DNA from: Candidatus Colwellbacteria bacterium CG10_big_fil_rev_8_21_14_0_10_42_22
GTDB lineage: Bacteria; Patescibacteriota; Minisyncoccia; UBA6257; Colwellbacteraceae
DNA length: 64,000 nt
Assembly (NCBI GenBank): GCA_002773725.1
Contig: PFAH01000002.1
Location: 59,590-123,589 of the forward strand
Direction of reading: 5' to 3'
In this document: positions 25,208 through 35,036 of the stretch, piece after piece
How positions within the stretch are numbered: position 1 is the stretch's first letter
How the letters are laid out: the number at the start of each line of letters is the position of its first letter
Translations under genes and position numbers: made by a program
Notes under the pieces: model-generated
What the model was told of the DNA's origin: nothing
What the model saw: only the letters and a program-made list of their open reading frames with translations
Databases searched by the model: none

Positions 25208-27340
25208 ATGTCTGAGATTAAGCTACTCGACCCTTTAGAAAACGTAGCTAATGGTATTCAAAAACGTTTTTTAAACCATCTTTCACGCATGGGTATTAAA
25301 ACCGTTAAGGACTTACTTTGGCACTTCCCCGTTCGTTACCAAGACCGGTCCGAAATCTCCAATATCTCCGGACTAAAGGAAGGCGAAGAGGCCACTATTT
25401 ACGGCATTGTCCAAAGCGTAAATACTAGGCGCATCCCTACCCGCAAATTAACTCTCACCGAAGTCCAAATAGCCGACGATGAGGGCAAGGTCATGAACCT
25501 CACTTTTTTCAATCAATCTTACGTAGCTAACGCCCTCACTCCCGGTAAATCTGCCAACTTCTCCGGCAAAGTGAAAGAATATAAAGGCAAGCAAACACTC
25601 CAATCTCCCATTTACGAGTTCACAAAGGCGCGCGGAAAAGAAAAAGAAACCCAACATACTGGTCGTCTCGTCCCAATTTATGGAGAAACCCGAGGACTTA
25701 CGTCTCGCGGTATTCGCTATATTATCAAACCCCTTTTAGACAATCTTGAGAAACTCCCCGAATACATCCCAGCTAAAATATTAAAAGATTTAGGCCTACC
25801 CGATATTAACGTTGCTATCCAAGACATCCATTTTCCCAAAACACAAAAGGATGCCCTCAAAGCACTTGAAAGTTTTGCTTTTCGTGACTTGTTTCTTCTT
25901 CAGCTTCGCAATGCCGAAGAAAAACAACGCCTCCGCGAAGAACAAGCTCATCAAATTACATATACGGACAAAGAATTAAAAGAAATCTTAAGCTATTTAC
26001 CTTTCGAACTCACGGCTTCTCAAAAGAAATCCCTCGACGAGATTCTTCAAGATATAAAGATGGGGCACCCCATGAATCGCCTTCTTCAAGGAGATGTGGG
26101 CTCTGGCAAAACAATTATTGCCGGCATTGGCGCCCTCCTTACAGTTCGTCGAGGATACCAATCTGCCTTCATGGCACCTACCGAAATCCTCGCCCGCCAA
26201 CATTTCAAAACACTTATTAAATTTTTTGAAGAATACGATGGAGGCATCGCCCTTCTTATCTCTAAAGAGGCGCGCGTCTTCTACGGCGATGGACTTGAAT
26301 CAACGGTTAAAAAATCCGAACTGATTAAAAAAATCCGCACAGGCAAAGTGGGTATTGTTATCGGCACTCACGCCCTCATCCAGAAAAATGTTGTATTTAA
26401 AAACTTGGCTTTCGCCGTAGTAGATGAACAGCATCGCTTCGGCGTTGGTCAACGCGCCAACTTGGCTGGAAGTGAGAAGATTTTGCCCCATTTTCTTTCT
26501 ATGAGTGCTACCCCTATCCCACGTACCTTAACCATGACAATCTTTGGCAATCTTGATCTTTCTCTCATCAACGAACTCCCTAAAGGTAGAAAATCCATTA
26601 TCACTAAAATTGTTGATGCCAAAAATCGTAATAAAGCATATGACTTTATTCGCGAACAAATTAAATCAGATCGGCAAGTATTCGTAATCTGTCCTCGTAT
26701 TGAAGATCCCGAAGAACAAGTTGAAACTACTTCTAGGCAAAAATCTGCTTGGGCTGTTAAAGCTGTTAAAGTTGAACACGAAAAACTATCTAAAGAAATC
26801 TTTCCAGAATTCAACGTGGTCATGCTCCACGGCAAATTGAAAACCGAAGAAAAAACAAAAGCTATGCGCGCTTTCGCTGAAGGTAGGGCGGATGTCCTCG
26901 TTTCGACATCTGTGGTGGAAGTGGGAGTCGATATTCCCAACGCCACCATCATGATGATAGAGGGCGCTGACAGATTCGGCCTCGCTCAACTCTACCAATT
27001 CCGCGGGCGGGTCGGCAGGGGTGAACATCAATCGTATTGTCTACTTTTTACGGACTCTAAATCTACTCAAACCCACGAACGTCTTAAGTCGCTCGTTACC
27101 GCTAAAAACGGCTTCGAACTTGCAGAGATGGATCTTAAACTTCGTGGTCCCGGAGAATTCCTGGGGCAAACCCAAACTGGCATGCCCGACCTAGCTCTTA
27201 AAGCCCTTCAAAATCCGGAACTTCTCAAAACTGCCGAAGAGAAAACAAAAGACCTCCTCAAAGAAGACCCTCAATTCAAAAATTCTCCTCTTTTAGAAAA
27301 GAAACTCGCACAATTCAAGCGCGAGATTCACTTAGAATAG
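25208..27340 (+). CDS. recG: ATP-dependent DNA helicase RecG
   Basis: 710 aa with an N-terminal wedge/OB region, Walker A DVGSGKT, DEQHRFGV, and helicase motifs ...LSMSATPIPRT..., ...VLVSTSVVEVGVDIPNAT..., ...QLYQFRGRVGRG.... Confidence 0.9.
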   Translation: MSEIKLLDPLENVANGIQKRFLNHLSRMGIKTVKDLLWHFPVRYQDRSEISNISGLKEGEEATIYGIVQSVNTRRIPTRKLTLTEVQIADDEGKVMNLTFFNQSYVANALTPGKSANFSGKVKEYKGKQTLQSPIYEFTKARGKEKETQHTGRLVPIYGETRGLTSRGIRYIIKPLLDNLEKLPEYIPAKILKDLGLPDINVAIQDIHFPKTQKDALKALESFAFRDLFLLQLRNAEEKQRLREEQAHQITYTDKELKEILSYLPFELTASQKKSLDEILQDIKMGHPMNRLLQGDVGSGKTIIAGIGALLTVRRGYQSAFMAPTEILARQHFKTLIKFFEEYDGGIALLISKEARVFYGDGLESTVKKSELIKKIRTGKVGIVIGTHALIQKNVVFKNLAFAVVDEQHRFGVGQRANLAGSEKILPHFLSMSATPIPRTLTMTIFGNLDLSLINELPKGRKSIITKIVDAKNRNKAYDFIREQIKSDRQVFVICPRIEDPEEQVETTSRQKSAWAVKAVKVEHEKLSKEIFPEFNVVMLHGKLKTEEKTKAMRAFAEGRADVLVSTSVVEVGVDIPNATIMMIEGADRFGLAQLYQFRGRVGRGEHQSYCLLFTDSKSTQTHERLKSLVTAKNGFELAEMDLKLRGPGEFLGQTQTGMPDLALKALQNPELLKTAEEKTKDLLKEDPQFKNSPLLEKKLAQFKREIHLE

Positions 27341-27390
27341 ATATCCATAAATTAGAGGAGCCCGACTTGGAGTTGGGCTCCTCATCGGGC

Positions 27391-27861
27391 TCATATGGGC
27401 GATTTGACCTCGGCGACGAAAGTCGCACCACCAGACCACACGGCGGGGAATCCGGCAGCGTCAAATCTGAATTCACGCGGATTGTTGACAATTTCTACGA
27501 AGGACTCGGTTTGTCCTCTGCGAAGAACTTCTCGCCGAACCTTGTCCAACACCTCCTTGGACAAGTCGCCGTCCAAGGAACGAACACCCCTCATCTTGGC
27601 AGTGTTGATGTCAAGAACAACATCGGCAGAGAAAAGCTGTTTGGGATGTTTTCCAACCGGGAACTTCGCGGACACCCCATTTTCCTTGAAGAAAATGGGG
27701 TCATAGAAGAACCACGGCCTCATGACAAATCGTTCTCCGGGGTAGAAGACCTTCCCCTGAAAGACAACGATGTGCCCCTTGCTTATCACGGGGCGAGACC
27801 AAACGGTCAGCTGGCCAGCAACTGCGACGGCTATGGAAATCAGGGTCCCATAGATAATCAC
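27391..27861 (-). CDS. Hypothetical membrane-anchored protein (GC-rich island C)
   Basis: 156 aa with N-terminal TM (MIIYGTLISIAVAVAGQL) then a soluble domain (...FQGKVFYPGERFVMRPWFFYDPIFFKENG...). The opposite-strand ORFs 27367-27936+ and 27395-27706+ are low-complexity GC artefacts. Confidence 0.4.
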   Translation of the reverse strand: MIIYGTLISIAVAVAGQLTVWSRPVISKGHIVVFQGKVFYPGERFVMRPWFFYDPIFFKENGVSAKFPVGKHPKQLFSADVVLDINTAKMRGVRSLDGDLSKEVLDKVRREVLRRGQTESFVEIVNNPREFRFDAAGFPAVWSGGATFVAEVKSPI

Positions 27862-27888
27862 CCTGGAAGCGGGCTCACTCAGGTTGGC

Positions 27889-28239
27889 TTATTTGGTCAC
27901 CCCAATCCCCAACACGAGCATGAAAAAGCCGAGTAGACCCGCCGCAAAGGTCGCTACACCACAGACAAATCGCAGAACATTCTGCCACCACGCTCCGCCG
28001 TAAACCACGACGGAACGAGAGAAATTTGTCCACCAGAAAAGGGGCGTCATTACCCACGTGAGAGCAACCGAACCAACAACGATCATCCAGGGTGTGAATC
28101 CCGCGTAATCGGAGCGCATCGCCACGTCCAATTGCATGAACCACGAAAGGAACCAAAAAAACCCCGAGAGCAAAACCCCCATAATGGGAGTGAACCAATT
28201 CAAACGCTTCTCTTTCTTCACAATAGACCTCCAGTCCAT
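27889..28239 (-). CDS. Hypothetical Trp-rich polytopic membrane protein (GC-rich island C). The start was moved to the internal Met (MDWRSIVKK) because the first 18 codons of the ORF are AT-rich flank.
   Basis: ...WFTPIMGVLLSGFFWFLSWFMQ...TPWMIVVGSVALTWVMTPLFWW...FVCGVATFAAGLLGFFMLVLGIGV gives 3-4 TM segments. The overlapping ORF 27875-28273- is an alternate frame. Confidence 0.4.
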   Translation of the reverse strand: MDWRSIVKKEKRLNWFTPIMGVLLSGFFWFLSWFMQLDVAMRSDYAGFTPWMIVVGSVALTWVMTPLFWWTNFSRSVVVYGGAWWQNVLRFVCGVATFAAGLLGFFMLVLGIGVTK

Positions 28240-28295
28240 GTTGAATATGTGTAGAACTACGAACTTCGTACAATATTCATAATAGAATGTCAATT

Positions 28296-30848
28296 CTATA
28301 TTTCCCCATATAAAAAGCTATGTATTATATCTAGATCTTCTTCATTAATCACAGCATCCTGGTTGCTAACCAAATAAACCATCCCTCCGGTATTCCCCAG
28401 CGCCTGACTCCAAGACATATCCACCCCCTCACAAGGGATGGCTCCACTACAATTCAGCCCAATCACAAATTCTTCACCGCTCTCAACTTGATGGCCACTT
28501 TCAAAGTTTTTCTTTTTGAGATTAGTAAAATCGCCGGTCGTACTTAGATACTGAATGGAATAACTTTCTAAAATCACGGTTGAGCTACCGTTGTTTTTAA
28601 TCACTATCCTTTCTTGACCCTCATCAGCCCCTTCTACATCGTAGATGACTTCTTCTATCTCTAGGTTTAAAATTTCTTCGTTTGTATCACTCTCCCCATT
28701 TCCATTACTATCTTCTTCTAATTCTGGCGACGAGTCGCCCTCGTTTTCGTCTTGGTCTTCATCTTGATCTTCTTCTTCGGACTCATCCTCAATTTCATTA
28801 TTGCCTGAATTTTCTGACCCAGGCGTGCCCATAACTCCATTTTCGCCAGCACCAAGATATGTTTGCCACGCGCCTACCCCTGCTCTTTCCGCTGTTTTAT
28901 AGTCCGGCGAAGCAGTTCCACCGATGTTTATCCAACTAGAACCAACATCCACTACCTCGTCCACCAAGTTACATGAAGCATCAAAAAGGCGCAGATTCTC
29001 ATCCTCGTTTTGAAGAACGCCCGTATATGTATAATCAACACCCACACCTCCAATAAAATAAGAACCGTTGAGGTCATCTGTTGTTAAAATTCTTTTTAAT
29101 AGGATATATTCGTCTATCCTATCATCCGTTCCAAACTCAATTTGTATTTCCCTATTCTTATCAAGCAACTGCCACCCCGAAAGAGATAATCCTCCCTGAA
29201 TGGATGTGTATAGCTCAAACCATTCCTCATTCGTAGAAGAGGCGCTCCCCGCCCAAGCTATTTCATTTATATAAACAATGTGGGTTGGTGAACTTAAGTC
29301 ATCTTGAGAACAAAAACTAGTTTCTTCCTCTGGAGAACTTTCTATATCTGGCGAACTAGAAGAACCACTCGATCCACCAGAACCACCACCCGAAGGTATT
29401 GTAATAATTTCGGGCGTACTATTTTGACTCCTAGGTGTTCCCATTACCCCTCCATTTCCCGAACCACTATAGGTGTGCCAATTTTCAATATCGGTTCTCT
29501 CTGCAGTTCTATAGTCGGGTGAGGCGGTCCCACCAACACGATTCCAATTACTTCCCACATCGCTCACCCTATCTACTAGACGACAAGATTCGTCAAAAAG
29601 CATTAGTGATTCCTCGCTATTTTGAATTACTCCCGTATAGGTCCTATCTGCCACGACGCCACCAACTTTATATTCTTTACTTGGATCATCGGTTGATAGA
29701 ATTCTCTTAAGTAGCAAATAATTATCTATCGCATCTTGTTTATTAAAAATGATTACGATTGAGGACTCTTTATCTAACAATTGCCAGCCGTCTAAATCAA
29801 TTTCTTTGTTTGTCGGATTATAAAGCTCTATCCATTCTTCCGATGTATTTTCGCTTTTCCCCGCCCAAGCAACTTCATTAATCAATATTTCATATGTGGG
29901 CATTGATGGCACTCCTTGGGAACACAGAGAAAACTTACTGCTTATGGACTCTGCTTCTGTCTTTTGCTTATCTTCATATTCATTAACTATTTCAACCACC
30001 GCCATGCTATTCTCGCGTCCAGGCGTTCCTAAAATACTGTCAATCAAAGCACCGCTATATGTATGCCAGTCCAAATCCGGACTACGCTCCATAGACCTTC
30101 TATTTTGGGCGTCTCCCGCTAGCCAAGAACCCTCCACAATTACCTCATCTTCAAGAAGACATTCTTTATTAAACAATCTTAACCCCTCATTTTCATTAGA
30201 AAGATTTCCACTATATATCAAATCAGCTATCTCGCCCGGCACGCTATCATCGTCTGTTCGCTCAAGTAAATAGAAACTTCTGGGAAGTATGATCGACCCT
30301 TCGGGAAACAATATCTTTATTTGATCGTCTTTATCCACCAGCAGCCAACCGCTCAAATCAATTGATCTATCAGATATATTTTTAAGTTCAATCCACTCAT
30401 CGCTAGCGCTTAAATCTTCGCTGTCCAAGCCCCCCATCCAAGCTATTTCGTTTATCAAAATAGTGTTTCTTTGCGTTTTACCACCTTGGCCATAGAAACA
30501 CCTAGTACCTAAAACATTGTTTTTATTCAATGTGTCTTTCTTTTGATTAATGTGAGCAGGGGCGCTGTCTGATATAATTCTGTCCGGCTCTTTAGACAAA
30601 ACATTGTTTGGTGAGAACTGATCAACATTCACCACTTCTACAAATTGTCCTTTATTAGGAAAAATTTCTTCCCACGCTTCTAAAAAAGCGGCTAAGAACT
30701 TCGGCGGTGCGTCCATATTGCCGGCTGTATATCCAAAGATTCCGACTAGAATAATCGACGTCACCCAAAAAGTAGGCAATAGATATCCCTTAAATGAGTT
30801 AATTTTTAAAACTTCCTCGTGAAACTCTTTTCCAAGAGGCCCCTCCAT
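28296..30848 (-). CDS. Large secreted/anchored protein with three tandem lamin-tail-domain (LTD) repeats, an acidic linker and a C-terminal LTD-like domain
   Basis: 850 aa. N-terminal TM LLPTFWVTSIILVGIFGYTAG. Repeats ILINEIAWMG...DEWIELKN...LSGWLLVD, ILINEVAWAG...EEWIELYN...LDGWQLLD, VYINEIAWAG...EEWFELYT...LSGWQLLD (the INEx...EWxELxN...GWxL LTD signature). Linker EDESEEEDQDEDQDENEGD. Confidence 0.7.
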   Translation of the reverse strand: MEGPLGKEFHEEVLKINSFKGYLLPTFWVTSIILVGIFGYTAGNMDAPPKFLAAFLEAWEEIFPNKGQFVEVVNVDQFSPNNVLSKEPDRIISDSAPAHINQKKDTLNKNNVLGTRCFYGQGGKTQRNTILINEIAWMGGLDSEDLSASDEWIELKNISDRSIDLSGWLLVDKDDQIKILFPEGSIILPRSFYLLERTDDDSVPGEIADLIYSGNLSNENEGLRLFNKECLLEDEVIVEGSWLAGDAQNRRSMERSPDLDWHTYSGALIDSILGTPGRENSMAVVEIVNEYEDKQKTEAESISSKFSLCSQGVPSMPTYEILINEVAWAGKSENTSEEWIELYNPTNKEIDLDGWQLLDKESSIVIIFNKQDAIDNYLLLKRILSTDDPSKEYKVGGVVADRTYTGVIQNSEESLMLFDESCRLVDRVSDVGSNWNRVGGTASPDYRTAERTDIENWHTYSGSGNGGVMGTPRSQNSTPEIITIPSGGGSGGSSGSSSSPDIESSPEEETSFCSQDDLSSPTHIVYINEIAWAGSASSTNEEWFELYTSIQGGLSLSGWQLLDKNREIQIEFGTDDRIDEYILLKRILTTDDLNGSYFIGGVGVDYTYTGVLQNEDENLRLFDASCNLVDEVVDVGSSWINIGGTASPDYKTAERAGVGAWQTYLGAGENGVMGTPGSENSGNNEIEDESEEEDQDEDQDENEGDSSPELEEDSNGNGESDTNEEILNLEIEEVIYDVEGADEGQERIVIKNNGSSTVILESYSIQYLSTTGDFTNLKKKNFESGHQVESGEEFVIGLNCSGAIPCEGVDMSWSQALGNTGGMVYLVSNQDAVINEEDLDIIHSFLYGEI

Positions 30849-30887
30849 TAAAAATTATTATAACGAAAACCTGCTCGGTAAAATAAT

Positions 30888-31817
30888 CTATTCTGTAGGT
30901 TGGCTAGTTATTTGATCGTAGATGTCTAAAACTGCCTTAATAGCATCACCAGCGGAGATATTATTTTGCTTATACAAAACTTCCGATGCGTCACCGGCCG
31001 ACCAAATGCCAGAGTCGGAAGATTGCATAGTTTTGTGGTTCACCACAACTTCGTCTCGCTTATTAAGTTTCACTAGTTTTTTAACAATATCTGTATTGGG
31101 CACAGAGCCGATTTCTACAAACACACCTTCTAATTTTAATTCTACATCTTCTCCGGAATTCATATCTTTATATTTGAGTCCGGACACAAACTGCTTACCC
31201 ACAATCTCTTGGATATCTACACCAAACCTAATCTCTACTTTATCGGACTCTTCTATTTTCTTTTTAGTAACCGCGTCTCCTCGAAGATGGCCGTTTTTTT
31301 CTAGTAAATAAATCTTGGAAGCATAGGGCATCAAATCTATAACCGATTCCAAACCGGCATTACCTCCTCCCACTACCGCCACTACTTTGTTTTTAAAAAG
31401 AGGTGCATCGCATGTAGCGCAATAAGCTACTCCTTTACCGTCGAACTCTTCTCCTCCCGGCACATCTAACCGACGCCTCCTACTACCCGATACAAGCAAT
31501 ATTCTCTCCGTCTCGTATTCTTTGCCATCTCTAGTCGCCACCTTGAAATGATTCTCGCCTAATTTTTTTATTTTGATAACTCTATCACCTTCTAGGAGGT
31601 CAATATCTTTTTGCGCCTTAAGATGCCCTTCCAAATTATTAGCTAGTTCAAGACCAGAAATGGATTTGGTTCCAATCCAATTTTGGATATCATCCGACAC
31701 AACTGATTGCCCGCCAAACTCTTCGGCAATCAACAGGGTTTTTATTTTCTTTCTGGCGGCATAAACACCCGCAGCCACTCCTCCAGGGCCACCGCCGATA
31801 ATAATTAGCTGATACAT
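30888..31817 (-). CDS. trxB: Thioredoxin-disulfide reductase
   Basis: IIIGGGPGGVAAGVYAARK FAD motif, redox CATCDAPLF (the CxxC of TrxB) and NADPH motif AVVGGGNAGLE. Confidence 0.85.
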   Translation of the reverse strand: MYQLIIIGGGPGGVAAGVYAARKKIKTLLIAEEFGGQSVVSDDIQNWIGTKSISGLELANNLEGHLKAQKDIDLLEGDRVIKIKKLGENHFKVATRDGKEYETERILLVSGSRRRRLDVPGGEEFDGKGVAYCATCDAPLFKNKVVAVVGGGNAGLESVIDLMPYASKIYLLEKNGHLRGDAVTKKKIEESDKVEIRFGVDIQEIVGKQFVSGLKYKDMNSGEDVELKLEGVFVEIGSVPNTDIVKKLVKLNKRDEVVVNHKTMQSSDSGIWSAGDASEVLYKQNNISAGDAIKAVLDIYDQITSQPTE

Positions 31818-31851
31818 GGAGTTATATTTTAACGGATGCTCTTACAAAATA

Positions 31852-31873
31852 AAACCTCCCCATAAGGGGGAGG
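31852..31873 (-). terminator. Intrinsic terminator (CCTCCCC-ataa-GGGGAGG plus T-tract) after the 31902-32183 gene
   Basis: aaaacctccccataagggggaggttttatt. Confidence 0.6.
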
Positions 31874-31901
31874 TTTTATTTAATCCGATTGAATTACTAA
31901 T

Positions 31902-32183
31902 TTAGACAACTGGAGGCGCTTCCTCTGCAGGAGCTTCCTCATCAGCTGGCATAACTTCGGCTGGGGTCTCTACTGCAGGAGCTTCGGGAGCTGGTTCTGG
32001 AGCAGCCATTGGCTCTGTAGTAGGAGCATCTATTTCATCAGCAGTAGGGGCGTCAGTAGCAGGAGTTGCTACTGGGTCCATTGCTGAATCGTCTTGTAAT
32101 CTAATGTCCATTGGTATGTTACAAACCGGGCAGACTCCGGCTTCTCTACTAATCCGCTTGCATTGTCGGCATTCGTAAGCCAT
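31902..32183 (-). CDS. Small zinc-ribbon protein with a Pro/Ala/Glu-rich low-complexity tail
   Basis: MAYECRQCKRISREAGVCPVCNIPMD (CxxC...CxxC), then PVATPATDAPTADEIDAPTTEPMAAPEPAPEAPAVETPAEV. Confidence 0.5.
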   Translation of the reverse strand: MAYECRQCKRISREAGVCPVCNIPMDIRLQDDSAMDPVATPATDAPTADEIDAPTTEPMAAPEPAPEAPAVETPAEVMPADEEAPAEEAPPVV

Positions 32184-32197
32184 AACTGCCCGAAGTT

Positions 32198-32431
32198 TTA
32201 AGCGACCTTTATTGCTTTCTCAAGCTTCGTTCGATTGAAGCCTACAAGAATCTCTCCATCAATGTCAAATACAGGCACAGACATCTGCTGTGACTTACTC
32301 ATCATTTCCTTCATGGCCTTATCGTCTTTTGTGATGTCAACTTCAGTAAAAGAAATGTTTTTTGTTTTGAAAAACTCCTTAGCCACCTTGCAGTACTTAC
32401 AAAAGGGTGTTGTGTACATCTTTATAGTCAT
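32198..32431 (-). CDS. Glutaredoxin-like protein (NrdH/Grx family)
   Basis: 77 aa, ...YTTPFCKYCKVAKEFF... (CxxC in thioredoxin fold) and ...VPVFDIDGEILVGF.... Confidence 0.75.
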   Translation of the reverse strand: MTIKMYTTPFCKYCKVAKEFFKTKNISFTEVDITKDDKAMKEMMSKSQQMSVPVFDIDGEILVGFNRTKLEKAIKVA

Positions 32432-32447
32432 AATCTTTCTAGTTAGC

Positions 32448-32948
32448 TTATTGAGCAGGCACTTCCTTTAACTTTTGGATAACGTTCATTACCTGACTGT
32501 CTTTACCAATCTTAGCCGTAAATATAATTTGGGCGCGGTTTAGCTGAAGTTTGTCGGGTCCCCAAAAGGCGATGAGGTTTAGGGGCACCACTTGAAGTGA
32601 TGTTTGGTCTGGATTCTCAGCATCGGCAACCGGCTGGATAACGTGGACGTCTCTCAACTCAAAATGTGGAAACCTATAGAGCTGGCCAAAGTACGTATCG
32701 CCATTAGAAAGGTGAACAGCAACATAGGGCCTTTCAAAAATTTTGTCCCAATACAAAAAACCAATTACTATCAACACGCCAATTAAAAGCACCAGTAGTA
32801 TAGCTGTTAATCTTTGACTCATTAATCCTTTGTTTATTCTTCCTGGCATGTTTATAGATTGAACACTAGTCATTATAAATCTATGATTAGAGATATGGCA
32901 AACTCCAAGTTGGGGAAATTCCTTTTTCACAACACAACTACTTCTCAA
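32448..32948 (-). CDS. Hypothetical signal-anchored protein. The start is probably an internal Met at about 32822-32849, so the true CDS is about 32448-32822.
   Basis: TM LTAILLVLLIGVLIVIGFLYW followed by a soluble domain. The annotated N-terminal 40 codons would overlap the divergent flippase gene start. Confidence 0.4.
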   Translation of the reverse strand: MRSSCVVKKEFPQLGVCHISNHRFIMTSVQSINMPGRINKGLMSQRLTAILLVLLIGVLIVIGFLYWDKIFERPYVAVHLSNGDTYFGQLYRFPHFELRDVHVIQPVADAENPDQTSLQVVPLNLIAFWGPDKLQLNRAQIIFTAKIGKDSQVMNVIQKLKEVPAQ

Positions 32949-34355
32949 ACCATAGCTAAAAACACGTTTTGGCTTTCTTTTGGTGAAATCTTTGGACGAT
33001 TCTTAAGAGTTATCCTTATATTCTCTGCTGCCCGCATTTTGGGAGTAGCGGGTTGGGGTACTTTTTCTTATATGGTAAGTATGGCAGCTATTTTAACTGT
33101 CTTTTCAGATATTGGACTCACTAGCATTGTAGTAAGGGAGGGTTCTAAAAACAGTGAATTGCGAAAAACATATTTTGCAACCTCTCTATTCTTAAAACTA
33201 ATCTTAATCTTTCTAAGTTTTCTGTTGATTGTTTTTGTGACTCCCCGCATTAGTGATATAGGTCTTTCTCCAATATTAGTTTATGCAGTCGGGTTCTTAA
33301 TGGTATTTGATGCCTTGCGCGTTTTTGGAAACTCTATTTTTAGATCTGAACAACAAATGCAATTTGAGGCCGGCACCAACATTTTTACACAAGTATCAAT
33401 ATTCAGTTTGGGATTTTATGTTCTGCTTAGAAATCCTTCGCCGGAATTATTGGCGGTAGCTTATGCGGCTGGTTCCGGTATCGGTTTGTTGGTTATTACC
33501 TTTCTAATCAGAAAATATATTAAGGTGGTTTTCAAATATTTCCGTAGAGATATTATCAAAAATATTTTGGCATATAGCTGGCCGATAGGATTTTCTGCCA
33601 TCTTTGGGGGATTAATGGTGAACATAGACACCGTTATGGTTGGTTGGTTTAGAGACGCAACGCATGTCGGGCTATATGCGGCTGCCCAAAAACCTATTGC
33701 CTTTCTTTATTTGTTGCCAGCACTTATAGCTGGAGCGCTTTTCCCAGTTTTAGCCAAGAGGGCAGAAAAGGACAAAGATGGGTTTAGGAAGGTATTGGAG
33801 AACGGAGTTGCCGCCACCCTGCTAGTTGCCTATCCAATAGTGGTTGGTCTGTTGATGACAGCCGATCAGATAGTTAATTTCGTTTATGGACAAGATTATC
33901 TTCTCTCTGCAGGTCCTTTGCGCATCTTGGCAATGACACTAATTATAACTTTTCCAAGCACCATCATAGTTCACGCCTTCATAGCATATAATCGTCAAAA
34001 GGAGCTGGTGCCGTTATGGACGATGGGCACAATTTTTAATATCTTAACCAATTTTATGCTCATACCTATCTTTGGTATTGTCGGAGCCGCCTGGACAAGC
34101 TTTTTCACTCAAGTGGGAGTAAACACTGTTCTTTGGAGAAAAATGATTAAAATCAACCCCTTTGTTGTTCATAGAAGAATGAAAACAATTTTATTAGCGT
34201 CTCTTTTAATGGCTTTAGCTGTAATGATAACTAGGTCGCTTGGATTGCATGTATTATTAACTGTGGGGGTGGCTTGTGCGGTCTATTTCGCATCGCTCTT
34301 AGCTCTTAAAGACCACACTCTTTTGGAAATTAAATCAATTATTAGAACCCAATAA
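32859..34355 (+). CDS. Polysaccharide biosynthesis flippase (Wzx-like, MOP superfamily)
   Basis: 498 aa with about 12-14 TM segments; the N-terminal ...NTFWLSFGEIFGRFLRVILIFSAARILGVAGWGTFSY... is typical of Wzx/PST-family oligosaccharide flippases. Confidence 0.75.
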   Translation: MNTSHYKSMIRDMANSKLGKFLFHNTTTSQTIAKNTFWLSFGEIFGRFLRVILIFSAARILGVAGWGTFSYMVSMAAILTVFSDIGLTSIVVREGSKNSELRKTYFATSLFLKLILIFLSFLLIVFVTPRISDIGLSPILVYAVGFLMVFDALRVFGNSIFRSEQQMQFEAGTNIFTQVSIFSLGFYVLLRNPSPELLAVAYAAGSGIGLLVITFLIRKYIKVVFKYFRRDIIKNILAYSWPIGFSAIFGGLMVNIDTVMVGWFRDATHVGLYAAAQKPIAFLYLLPALIAGALFPVLAKRAEKDKDGFRKVLENGVAATLLVAYPIVVGLLMTADQIVNFVYGQDYLLSAGPLRILAMTLIITFPSTIIVHAFIAYNRQKELVPLWTMGTIFNILTNFMLIPIFGIVGAAWTSFFTQVGVNTVLWRKMIKINPFVVHRRMKTILLASLLMALAVMITRSLGLHVLLTVGVACAVYFASLLALKDHTLLEIKSIIRTQ

Positions 34356-35036
34356 ATGATTCTTAACATAAACAAACCCGCCGGTATCACCTCTCACGAT
34401 GTTGTCGATAGGGTGCGTAAAATAACCGGCGTAAGAAAAGTTGGGCACGGCGGGACGCTTGATCCTTTTGCTACAGGTGTTTTAGTAGTCGGAGTCGGCA
34501 GAGAATCCACAAAAAAACTTGGCGAAATATCAAGAGGGACAGTTAAAGAATATGAGGCAACGATCGAGCTTGGTAAAACAAGCACCACCGGAGACCCCGA
34601 AGGCAAAATCATAAACACGGCTAATGAAGCAACCGTCAGTGCTATCGGTCTTCAAAGAGTTGAAGAAGTATTAGTTGGTTTCTTGGGAGAAACTTCTCAA
34701 ACGCCACCGATATATTCGGCTCTTAAAATAAAAGGTGTCCCTGCATATAAACTGGCGCGCAAAGGATTAATACCCAAACTTGAAAAAAGAGATATTAAAA
34801 TTGATGCACTAGAAATTGTTAAACATCATCCACCCTTCCTCCAAATCAGGGTGGCAGTTTCATCCGGAACCTATATAAGATCGTTAGCTGGAGATATAGG
34901 CAAAGCCCTTGGTGTTGGCGGTTATCTTAAAAAGCTCAAACGCACTCGAGTTGGGGAATACACCGTTGATCAAAGCCAAAATTTAGCAGATTTGCAAAAA
35001 GAATTTGTAAAGAGTAGTAGTAAATTAAATGAATAA
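34356..35036 (+). CDS. truB: tRNA pseudouridine-55 synthase
   Basis: MILNINKPAGITSHDVVDRVRKITGVRKVGHGGTLDPFATGVLVVGVG is the TruB catalytic-Asp motif (HxGTLDP). Confidence 0.85.
   Translation: MILNINKPAGITSHDVVDRVRKITGVRKVGHGGTLDPFATGVLVVGVGRESTKKLGEISRGTVKEYEATIELGKTSTTGDPEGKIINTANEATVSAIGLQRVEEVLVGFLGETSQTPPIYSALKIKGVPAYKLARKGLIPKLEKRDIKIDALEIVKHHPPFLQIRVAVSSGTYIRSLAGDIGKALGVGGYLKKLKRTRVGEYTVDQSQNLADLQKEFVKSSSKLNE

Noticed and set aside
27367-27936. 189-aa plus-strand ORF in GC-rich island C
   Set aside because: Low-complexity Gly/Ser/Pro-rich translation with no TM. The minus-strand frames give membrane proteins with sensible topology.
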